A DNA stretch of 64,000 bases from Candidatus Eiseniibacteriota bacterium (GTDB lineage: Bacteria; Eisenbacteria; RBG-16-71-46; CAZAMP01): positions 128,001-192,000 of the forward strand of contig OZ245046.1 in NCBI GenBank assembly GCA_965224245.1, read 5' to 3'. Shown here in pieces: positions 32,651 to 42,343 of this stretch. The notes beneath the pieces were generated by a model. The model made no database searches. It worked only from the letters and a program-made list of their open reading frames with translations, and was not told the origin of the DNA. The first letter of the stretch is position 1. Each line of letters begins with the position of its first letter. The translations under genes were made by a program, and so were the position numbers.

Positions 32651-33409
32651 ATGCCGCCTCGACCGCAGACGAGAGCGACGATCACCGGCGCGCTCCACGG
32701 CCGTGCACGAGTCGCCATCCGTGCCGCCACGGCTGTTCTCGCAGGGTTGGGGGTCCTCGCCTCGTCGCCGGGCTCCGCGCGGGCGGAGAGCGACCTTTAT
32801 CTGCCGCTCGTCCTCGGGGCCACGTGGGAGTACGAAGGGCTCGACGGAGGTGTCGAGGTGCAGTCGGTGACCGAGACGGAGGTCGTGTTCGGCGACCAGA
32901 CGTACGTGATCACGTTTCTCGAGAGCCCGCTCGACGAGGGACTGCGACAGTTCTGGAAGACCACCGAGTCCGGCGACGTGTACTTCAGAGGCTACGACCG
33001 GCCCCCTCTCTCCCGGGTGTACGTTCCGGCAATTCTGTGGGTGGATGCTCCGCTCGAGCTCGGCAAGACCTGGGAGCAGACGTTCGACGCCTACTCCTAT
33101 CCTGACGGCGAGTATCTCGGCCGGTTCGGCCTTTCACTCACCGTCCACGAGGACACCGTGGTGTCGACGCCGGCGGGGGAGTTCCATGCCTTTGGACTGG
33201 GCAGCGGTGCCGCGGCGCCCCTCGACGAGTCGTCCGGCCTCGAACCCTTCTCGGTGACCGGGCGGCGCGCCGCGACTGCCTGGTGGAGCGAGTTCGTGGG
33301 CCGCGTTCAGTACGATACGGTCGATCTCTACCGGTTGACGTCGTTCGAGCTCCCGAGCACGCCCGTCCGAGAGACGAGCTGGGCGACGGTCAAGTCGCAC
33401 TACGACTGA
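32651..33409 (+). CDS. Secreted hypothetical protein with C-terminal SWATVKSHYD tail
   Basis: Signal peptide ending ARA; YLPL..GATWEY; PLELGKTW; VSTPAGEF. Confidence 0.8.
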   Translation: MPPRPQTRATITGALHGRARVAIRAATAVLAGLGVLASSPGSARAESDLYLPLVLGATWEYEGLDGGVEVQSVTETEVVFGDQTYVITFLESPLDEGLRQFWKTTESGDVYFRGYDRPPLSRVYVPAILWVDAPLELGKTWEQTFDAYSYPDGEYLGRFGLSLTVHEDTVVSTPAGEFHAFGLGSGAAAPLDESSGLEPFSVTGRRAATAWWSEFVGRVQYDTVDLYRLTSFELPSTPVRETSWATVKSHYD

Positions 33410-33739
33410 CACCGTTCACGATCGCTCGCACGAACCTCGTCGTCTGCGCCCGAGCTTGCGGATGCTCGATCTCGTAGACATCCGACGCGGGATCCGGCCA
33501 CAACGATGTGACACCCACCGGCCTCTGCTGTAGCATGCGAGCCGCCCATGGAGCCCGCGTGGGTCTCGAACCACAACACTCCGCACGTTCGATGGGGGAG
33601 GCGGCGATCCGTCTCTTCCAGACTCCGACGACGTGCGGATGGACCTTCTCCTCATGCTCGAGCGAGGTGCGATCGGTGGGCCGTTTCTCGCGGTAACTCC
33701 GCCGCGAGAGCGGCGTCGACTGCGGCAAGGAGGTCGAGA

Positions 33740-34639
33740 ATGTCCCGTTTCCTTCGCGTGCTGGGTATGCTGCTTCTCATCACCGCGAGTCCGGCGGCGA
33801 CCGCCGGTGCGGCCGAGCCCGGAACGCCGGCGAGCGATGCACTCGCCGAGATCGAACAGGCCTTCGGGTTCGTCCCGTCGATGATCACGGCGTTGCCGGA
33901 GGCCGCGATCCCGGGCGCCTGGGAGGCGCTTCGCGACCTGGAGTTCAACCCCGGGACCGCGATCCCCAGCAAGTACAAGTCGCTGATCTCGATGGCGGTA
34001 GCCGCCCAGATTCCGTGTCACTACTGCCTGTACATCGACACGGAGTCCGCGAGGCTCGCGGGTGCCACCGACGCCGAGATCGCCGAAGCGCTCGGGATGG
34101 CGGCGATCACGCGTCAGTGGAGCACCGTGCTGAACGGAGCTCGGGCCGACATGGCCGCGTTCGAGGCGGACGTCGCCGGGATGCTGGAGTTCGCGGCCAG
34201 CCAGCCGGACGGCGGTGGCGCCGCGTCCGGGCCGGTCACCGACGCTGCCTCGGCGTACCAGGACATGGAGCGGACGCTGGGGCGTGTCCCCGGATTCATG
34301 CGTGCCTTTCCCGAGGTTGCCATCGCCGGAGCCTGGAAGGAGTTCAAGATGCTCCAGCTGAACCCGGCGACCGCGATCCCGGGGAAGTACAAGGAGCTCA
34401 TCGGGCTGGCCGTGGCCGCCCAGATTCCGTGCACGTACTGCATCGACGCGCACACCGCGTTCGCCGAGGCGAACGGCGCCACGGAGGACGAGCTGACGGA
34501 GGCCGTGGGCATCGCCGCGCTGGTGCGGCACTGGAGCACGGTGGTCAACGGCTCGCAGCAGTCACTCGACTCGTTCAAGGCAGAGGCCGATCGCATGCTC
34601 ACGGCTGCTGCGGCTGCTGCGGCGGCATCGAGCGATTGA
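33740..34639 (+). CDS. Signal-peptide protein with tandem AhpD/carboxymuconolactone-decarboxylase domains
   Basis: Two copies of AIP.KYK.LI..AVAAQIPCxYC...AR/E..GAT..E..EA; SD AAGGAGG; leader MSRFLRVLGMLLLITASPAATA. Confidence 0.9.
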   Translation: MSRFLRVLGMLLLITASPAATAGAAEPGTPASDALAEIEQAFGFVPSMITALPEAAIPGAWEALRDLEFNPGTAIPSKYKSLISMAVAAQIPCHYCLYIDTESARLAGATDAEIAEALGMAAITRQWSTVLNGARADMAAFEADVAGMLEFAASQPDGGGAASGPVTDAASAYQDMERTLGRVPGFMRAFPEVAIAGAWKEFKMLQLNPATAIPGKYKELIGLAVAAQIPCTYCIDAHTAFAEANGATEDELTEAVGIAALVRHWSTVVNGSQQSLDSFKAEADRMLTAAAAAAAASSD

Positions 34640-34648
34640 AAGACGCGC

Positions 34649-34675
34649 GAGGGCCGGCATCGTTCGCCGGCCCTC
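34649..34675. terminator. GC-rich hairpin after the AhpD-like gene
   Basis: GAGGGCCGGC/GCCGGCCCTC 10-bp stem between convergent genes. Confidence 0.55.
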
Positions 34676-34898
34676 CGCTCATGGGTGTGGATCCCGAGCA
34701 TCGCCCCGAGCCCCATCTCGGGGGACTGCGCCACGCCGTGCCGCCGTCGGCCAGGCCGGATGCCGGGGGACTACCATCGTCAGGCGGCGAGACGGGGACG
34801 ACGTTCAGCTTCGGCGGAGCCTTCTCGACCACACGGCGCCACGATGCACGAATGCGCTGCGAGGGCGCGGCTCAGACCCGGGTGAGCGCTCCTGGAGC

Positions 34899-36215
34899 TC
34901 AGTGCAGCATGCCGGAGAGCGACGTCGCGATTCCGAGGAAGCTCAGGAAGCCCACCACGTCCGTGACCGTGGTCAGCACGATGGACGAGGACTGTGCGGG
35001 GTCCTGTCCGAGTCGCGTGAGAACCATCGGAATGACCGCTCCCGCGAGGCCGGCCGCCGTCATCGACAGGATCATCGACAACAGGATCACGAGCGCCAGT
35101 CCCGGAGATCGACTCCAGATCCAGACTGCCGCGCCCGTGGTCAGCGCCACGGCAACGCCGTTCATCGCGCCCGCGGCGAGCTCCTTGAGCGCCACCCGAG
35201 CCCACTGACGAAGCCGCACCTCGCGAAGCGCGAGCCCCCGCATGGTGACGGCCAGCGCCTGGGCCCCCGTGTTTCCGGACTGTCCCGCCACGACCGGCAA
35301 GAGGATTGCCAGCGCGGTGAAGCGTGCGATCGTGTCCTCGAACAGCCCCACCACCGCGGCGGCCAGGAATGCGGTCAACAGGTTGATCTGGAGCCAGGGC
35401 AGTCGCTTTCGAACCGCGAAGAACGGACTCGACAGCGCGCGTTCGTCGCGCCCCGCACCCACCATCGTGACGAGACTGCCGGCGGACGCGGTTTGCGCCG
35501 TCTCGATGAGCTCGCGCTGTCGGAGTACGCCGAGGATGCGGTTGTCATAGTCCACCACCGGGAGGCTCCGGGCCCGCCGGCTATCGAGCGTCTCGATGAT
35601 CTCGTCCCGCGGCGCGAATGCCGTGACCTTCGGCGGGTCCCACTGGGCCAGCGTCTCGAGCGCATCGGACGGCTTGGCGAGCACGATGTCCTCGATGCTC
35701 ACCGCGCCGAGCAGGTGATCCTCCTCGTCGACCACGAAGACATCCTGCAGTCGAAGTCGCCGACGGCCGCGAAGGCGACGCCGGACCTCGCGCACGCGCG
35801 TGTCGGCGAGGAAGGTGGTCACGCGGGGATCCATCAGGTGTCCCGCGGTGTTCTCGGGATACGACATCAGATGGGTGAGCTCTTGGACGGTTGCGGCCTC
35901 CATGGTGGTCAGGCACGCCTGCCGCGTGGCGGCGCCCAGCCCGGCGAGCAGCGCAGCTGCCCGGTTCGGATCCAGCTTCTCGAGGAGGTGGCCGGCGCGC
36001 GACGGCGGCATCTCGGCCAGTGCGCCTCGAGCGGCCTCGGGTGTGAGCCGGCGAAGCACCTCGACGGCGCGATCGATCTGCTCCTTGGTCAGCAGCGAGG
36101 CAAGGTCGTCGGCGGGGGCCGACTCCAGACGCCGCGCGAGATCGGTCGGGTACCGATCGATGTAGGCTCGGACGAGCCGATCGAGGACCGGCTCGGCCGC
36201 CGGGGAGACGGTCAA
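34899..36215 (-). CDS. mgtE: Magnesium transporter MgtE
   Basis: MgtE_N, YPENTAG.LM, CBS pair, RLPWL..NL, GQSGNTGAQ, DPA..S...LTT.TDV.G. Confidence 0.93.
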   Translation of the reverse strand: MTVSPAAEPVLDRLVRAYIDRYPTDLARRLESAPADDLASLLTKEQIDRAVEVLRRLTPEAARGALAEMPPSRAGHLLEKLDPNRAAALLAGLGAATRQACLTTMEAATVQELTHLMSYPENTAGHLMDPRVTTFLADTRVREVRRRLRGRRRLRLQDVFVVDEEDHLLGAVSIEDIVLAKPSDALETLAQWDPPKVTAFAPRDEIIETLDSRRARSLPVVDYDNRILGVLRQRELIETAQTASAGSLVTMVGAGRDERALSSPFFAVRKRLPWLQINLLTAFLAAAVVGLFEDTIARFTALAILLPVVAGQSGNTGAQALAVTMRGLALREVRLRQWARVALKELAAGAMNGVAVALTTGAAVWIWSRSPGLALVILLSMILSMTAAGLAGAVIPMVLTRLGQDPAQSSSIVLTTVTDVVGFLSFLGIATSLSGMLH

Positions 36216-37090
36216 GACTCTCGTCCTCCCTTCGCACCGTCTGCCTGCGCCGCCGGTCGATCCGGGGTGATGCTACGTGCCAGCGCATCGATCACGCCCA
36301 CGATCCCGGTGCGGAACAGATCACCGAGCGCGTTGGTGGTAACGGCAGATGGCGGGCCGCCGACGTCCTCGAGCTCACGCTCCAGTCGACGGAGCATTCC
36401 GTACCGGATCGCACCCAGGAATCGGCCGTTGTCTCCGACCACCGGCAGCGAGTAGACCTCCCGCCACCCCACGTGCTCGAGGATCGACCGATGATCATCG
36501 GTCACGAGAATCCGGTGGTGAGCCGAGCTCATCACGGCGGGAAGCCGCTCGTGCTCGTCCGCGCTGAGCAGCTCCTGCAAGTTGAGGACTCCCAGCAGCA
36601 CGCCCCCACGATCGACCACATACAGATTGTATGTGACGTGCTCGGACTCTCGGTCGACGACGGCCCGGGCCTCCCGGACGGACAGATCGTCCGGCACCGC
36701 CAGCACGAGCGGATCCATCAACGCGCCCGCGGTCCGGACCGGGTATGCGATCGACGCGCTCACGCGCGGTGCCAGATCCTCCGGCAGCGCCTCGATGATC
36801 GCGACACGACGATCCTCCGGAACTCGACGGAGCAGCGCCGTGATGACGTCGAGCGACAGCTCCGAGAGGAGCGCACTGGACTCCTCGGGCGTGAGCTCGA
36901 TCAAGACGCGACGCGAGTATGATGGCACCATCTGGCGGAGGACCCCGGCGGCGGCCGAGGCGGTGAGCGATCGCAGCAGCCACGCGGCGTCGGCGGCACT
37001 GCCCGACTCCAGTAGGCTGGCCACGTCGCTGGGGTGTCCCGCCGCGAACGCTTGGGCGATGTTCCGTCGCAGGCTCATCCCGTTCGCCAC
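36212..37090 (-). CDS. Stand-alone MgtE N-terminal + CBS domain protein (no membrane domain)
   Basis: YP..TAGALMDP, LYVVD..G.LLGV, SLPVV...G.FLG.I; 4-nt overlap with mgtE. Confidence 0.85.
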   Translation of the reverse strand: MANGMSLRRNIAQAFAAGHPSDVASLLESGSAADAAWLLRSLTASAAAGVLRQMVPSYSRRVLIELTPEESSALLSELSLDVITALLRRVPEDRRVAIIEALPEDLAPRVSASIAYPVRTAGALMDPLVLAVPDDLSVREARAVVDRESEHVTYNLYVVDRGGVLLGVLNLQELLSADEHERLPAVMSSAHHRILVTDDHRSILEHVGWREVYSLPVVGDNGRFLGAIRYGMLRRLERELEDVGGPPSAVTTNALGDLFRTGIVGVIDALARSITPDRPAAQADGAKGGRES

Positions 37091-37230
37091 CGAAGACCCC
37101 TACTCGTCGCCCCGGCGCCGTTGGCCGTGCCTTCTGACTTCCAGACCGCTAGGCTGTCGTCGCGTCGAGTCGTACGGTAGCGTGTTGTGACCACGAAGGC
37201 CACTCCAGCTTGGGTGCGGGAGGGAATGAC

Positions 37231-38061
37231 ATGTCGGACATTATCGATCTCGAGGCCTGGCGCGCCGCGGCCGCCGAGTCGCTGACTCAGCTCGTTTCGA
37301 GAGCGGCGCAGCTCCTGCCGGCCCTTGCGAGCGCGGTCGTCATCCTGATCCTGGGGTGGGGGGTGTCGCGGCTGGCAACGGCCCTGACCGTCCGGGTGCT
37401 CACTCGTCTTGGGTTCGATCGGACGTGCGAGCGCCTCCGGGTCACCGAGACGCTCCGGCGCGCCCGAATCTCGCTCACACCATCGATGATCGCGGCCCGC
37501 GTGATCGGCTGGGTGCTCCTGCTCGCCTTCGCGTTCTCCGCGGCGGAGACGCTCGGGCTCAGGTCGGTGACGCGGATCATCGACTACACGATCGCGTACG
37601 TGCCCCGGCTCGGGTCGGCGGTACTGGTCGTGGCGCTGGGGCTCCCGCTCGGTCGCCTGGCACGCAATCTGGTGCAGTCGGCCGGCACCATGGCCGGGCT
37701 CGCGCAGGCGAGCCCACTCGGCACGGTCGTTCAGGCCGCGATCATCCTGATCACCGGAGTGCTCGCGTTGGCGCAGCTGGGGATCCAGACGGACATCCTG
37801 GTCACGGTCATCACCGCCCTGATCACGACTCTCGGACTCACGCTCGGCGCAGCGTTCGCCCTCGGTGCCCGTCCACTCGTGACTCACATCCTCGCCGGCC
37901 ACAGCCTTCGCGCTCACCTGGACGTGGGGACGGCGGTCGAGGTCGTCGGGCGCAAGGGCGTCGTCGAGCGTATCGGCGCCTTCGATACCTACTTCCGGGA
38001 CGAGGGGCGTCGGTGGTCGATGCCGAACGCGGTGCTCCTGGAGGAGATCAGAGCGTACTGA
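37231..38061 (+). CDS. Small-conductance mechanosensitive channel, CmpX/MscS-like
   Basis: Repeated LP.L..A..IL.LG helices; ALAQLGI; AFALG; G.V.RI....T; PN..L. Confidence 0.85.
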   Translation: MSDIIDLEAWRAAAAESLTQLVSRAAQLLPALASAVVILILGWGVSRLATALTVRVLTRLGFDRTCERLRVTETLRRARISLTPSMIAARVIGWVLLLAFAFSAAETLGLRSVTRIIDYTIAYVPRLGSAVLVVALGLPLGRLARNLVQSAGTMAGLAQASPLGTVVQAAIILITGVLALAQLGIQTDILVTVITALITTLGLTLGAAFALGARPLVTHILAGHSLRAHLDVGTAVEVVGRKGVVERIGAFDTYFRDEGRRWSMPNAVLLEEIRAY

Positions 38062-38346
38062 CCGACTTCGAAACGAATGTCCGCCGTCGACCGCCGCCGG
38101 GTCGGCACGCTCGTGTTCGGCCGAGTCGCACCGATGGCTCGTTGCGTTCGGTTGGGCGCTGGGCTAAAGCTACCGGCGGGGACAGTGGTCCCGGGCCCGA
38201 GACGACCCGAACCGGTCGTGAGAGTCGAGCACGCGGTCACGTGGTGAGTTCGCGACGACGCTCGCGCGACCGCGCAATCGGGAGTCGTGCTCCGCGCATG
38301 ACGGAGCGGTCGGATGGGGGCTGCAACCGCGCATCGAGGTGGGTCC

Positions 38347-39378
38347 GTGACGACGAACACCCTGGTCTGGATCGGAATCGTGTTCTGCATCTCCCAGTCC
38401 GCGATCTTCTCCGGGCTCAACCTGGCCGTGTTCGGAATCAGTCGGCTGCGTCTCGAGATCGAGGCGTCTGGCGGAAGCGCGGCGGCCTCCCGGGTCCTCG
38501 AGCTGCGGAAGCGCTCGAACATGACGCTCACCACGATTCTGTGGGGAAACGTCGCGGTCAACGTGCTCCTGACGTTGCTGTCCAAGTCGGTGTTGGCGGG
38601 GGGCGCGGCGTTTCTGTTCTCGACGTTCGTGATCACCTTCGCCGGCGAGATCCTGCCACAGGCGTATTTCTCCCGAAACGCGATGCGCATGGCCTCGCTG
38701 CTCTCTCCCGTCCTCGTCTTCTACCAGCGTCTCCTGTACCCGGTGACGAAGCCGTCGGGGATGCTGCTCGACTGGTGGCTCGGTCCGGAAGGGATCCCCT
38801 ACTTCCGCGAGCGGGACTTCCGGGAGGTCATCAAGAGGCACATCCAGGCGGCCGAGACCGACTTGGAGCGAGTCGAGGGACTGGGGGCGCTCAACTTCCT
38901 CGAGCTCGACGACGTAGCCGTCGCCGAGGAGGGAGAGCCCGTGGACGCTGGAAGCGTCATCGAGCTGCCCGCCACGATCGACCTTCCCGTGTTCCCGCCC
39001 ATCGAGCGATCACCCACCGACCCGTTTCTCAGCAAGGTGCACGACTCCGGCAAGAAGTGGGTGATCCTGACCGATCCCCAGGGCGTCCCCCGCCTCGTCC
39101 TGGACGCAGACGGCTTCCTGCGAGGCGCTCTGCTCGACTCGGGCTCCTTCAATCCCTACGCCTACTGTCATCGACCGATCGTGGTCACCGATCCCGGCGC
39201 GAAGCTCGGCGAGGTTCTCTCGAATCTGGGGGTCGAGGCTCGATCACCCGACGATGACGTGATCGACCTCGACATCGTTCTGGTATGGGGTGCCGAGAAA
39301 CGCGTGATCACCGGTGCGGACGTCCTGGGACGTCTGATGCGTGGGATCGCCTCTCGCAAGGAGACCCCGCGCATCTAG
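38347..39378 (+). CDS. DUF21/CNNM domain membrane protein
   Basis: SAIFSGLNLA, LTTILWGNVAVN, FAGEILPQA; degenerate CBS-like C-terminus ITGAD.LGRL. Confidence 0.88.
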   Translation: MTTNTLVWIGIVFCISQSAIFSGLNLAVFGISRLRLEIEASGGSAAASRVLELRKRSNMTLTTILWGNVAVNVLLTLLSKSVLAGGAAFLFSTFVITFAGEILPQAYFSRNAMRMASLLSPVLVFYQRLLYPVTKPSGMLLDWWLGPEGIPYFRERDFREVIKRHIQAAETDLERVEGLGALNFLELDDVAVAEEGEPVDAGSVIELPATIDLPVFPPIERSPTDPFLSKVHDSGKKWVILTDPQGVPRLVLDADGFLRGALLDSGSFNPYAYCHRPIVVTDPGAKLGEVLSNLGVEARSPDDDVIDLDIVLVWGAEKRVITGADVLGRLMRGIASRKETPRI

Positions 39379-39561
39379 GCTCGGCGACCATCCGTGCCGG
39401 ACGGATCGCCAGCGCGCCACCCATCGAGTCCTCGGGACCTTCCGGAATCGGTGCTATGTTGGTCGTGGATGGAACTCGTGGCAACGGATGCTCGGAACCC
39501 GCAAGCGACGAACGACACGGCCGGCTGAACGTGAGGGCGACCTTTGTACGACCTCCCCACG

Positions 39562-41070
<1,509 letters not shown>

Positions 41071-41192
41071 ATCGCCCCTGTCGGCGTCTTGCGGTCGAGC
41101 CCTCACGTGCCGAATCCGCGCGCGCATCGGCTCGCGTGGGCTCGAGAGAACGACCGCGGTGTGACCCTCGTCGTCGGTCGTCCGGGCGCGGC

Positions 41193-41591
41193 CTACAGGA
41201 ACCCGACGTCCTTCGTCGCGGACGTCACGACGTAGCACCGTTCGATGTTGGAGCCACGGTCCGCGGGCACGAGAAAGAACCCCGGTCGACCCGGCTGATA
41301 GCCCGCCGTCGTTCCGGTCAGCACTTCGCCGTCCGCGAACTCCACCTTGATGCGACGCCCGGCCATGGGGCGCGACGGGTCGAACTCGTTGGTGTGGACG
41401 TGCTCTCTGTCGCCCTCGAAGTTCCTCACGAAGAACAGTGCCTTCAGGTCCTCCGTGGCAATCTCGATCTGCTGGGCTCCGTCGGCGCCCGACGTCTCAC
41501 GTACGTGAAACGAAGCCTTCGCGGGCGAGAAGTCGGCGGTCGTGCCCTTGACGACCCGGCCGTCGATGAACCGCGCTACGACCTTGTTCAT
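41193..41591 (-). CDS. DUF6982-like small protein with internal duplication
   Basis: MNKVVARFIDGRVVKGTT.DF and IKVEFADGEVLTGTT..Y halves; SD AGGAGGAG. Family assignment from memory. Confidence 0.75.
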   Translation of the reverse strand: MNKVVARFIDGRVVKGTTADFSPAKASFHVRETSGADGAQQIEIATEDLKALFFVRNFEGDREHVHTNEFDPSRPMAGRRIKVEFADGEVLTGTTAGYQPGRPGFFLVPADRGSNIERCYVVTSATKDVGFL

Positions 41592-41830
41592 GAGAGGCTC
41601 CTCCTGGAACTGGAGTACCGCGTCAGCTCGGGGATCCATCCTCGGGCGCGGCTGGACGGTCCCCCGGGACGCTGTCGACCAATATGGAATCTTCGGGCGA
41701 AACCCCTCGATCCTTGACGGTATCGTTCGCGTCCAGGTCGAGGACCTCCGCGCCGGTCCGGCGGCGCGGCTTCTCATGCGCGCGTGACACCTCCGAGCTC
41801 CGCCCCGTGCACGGCCTACGATACGGTGGT

Positions 41831-41866
41831 GGTTGTCGTAACGTTTACGATTATAATAACTTACGA
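41831..41866. other. AT-rich imperfect palindrome, Xer/dif-like or Fur-type operator
   Basis: GGTTGTCGTAA-CGTTTACGA-TTATAATAACT-TACGA stands out in very GC-rich DNA. Confidence 0.4.
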
Positions 41867-41879
41867 AGAGGGACAACCC

Positions 41880-42111
41880 GGGGCGGCGAGCCGGCGCCTC
41901 TTCCTCACGCTTCGTGCTCCTGGTGGAGCGTCCGAGCTGGCCATTCTCGATGTGTCGGGGTGCGCCGTCGGGCTCGTGTCCACGGCCGACACCGAAGGAC
42001 GTGATTGGAACGGACGAGGTGCCGATGAACGACCGGTGCCGTCCCGGCGTCTACGTCGCACGTCTCGCCGCGGGTGGCGCGGCGAGCACGCGCGTGCTCG
42101 TCGTTCGATGA
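41880..42111 (+). pseudogene. Orphan frameshifted FlgD-Ig CTD fragment
   Basis: LAILDVSG..V...WNGRGADERPVPS, then a frameshift at about 42043, then GVYVARLAAGGAASTRVLVVR*; no passenger domain or signal peptide. Confidence 0.7.
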
Positions 42112-42343
42112 CCGCTGCTCGGCCTTGACTCATGCGTTCACGCCGACGAACATGATCCGGCCTCGGAGCCAGCGCGATGAGAACGGCGGCCCGTGCTCGC
42201 GCGTCGAGCCACGCGGAACGCCGCCTCTATCCGGCACGGCGACGAGCTCGGAAGATGGCAGTGAGCCGATGAGCGCTGCGTGAGCGCCTGGTGGAGCTTC
42301 TGGTAGCCGGCGAGGCTCGTCGACGTTGAGTAGATCACCTCGA

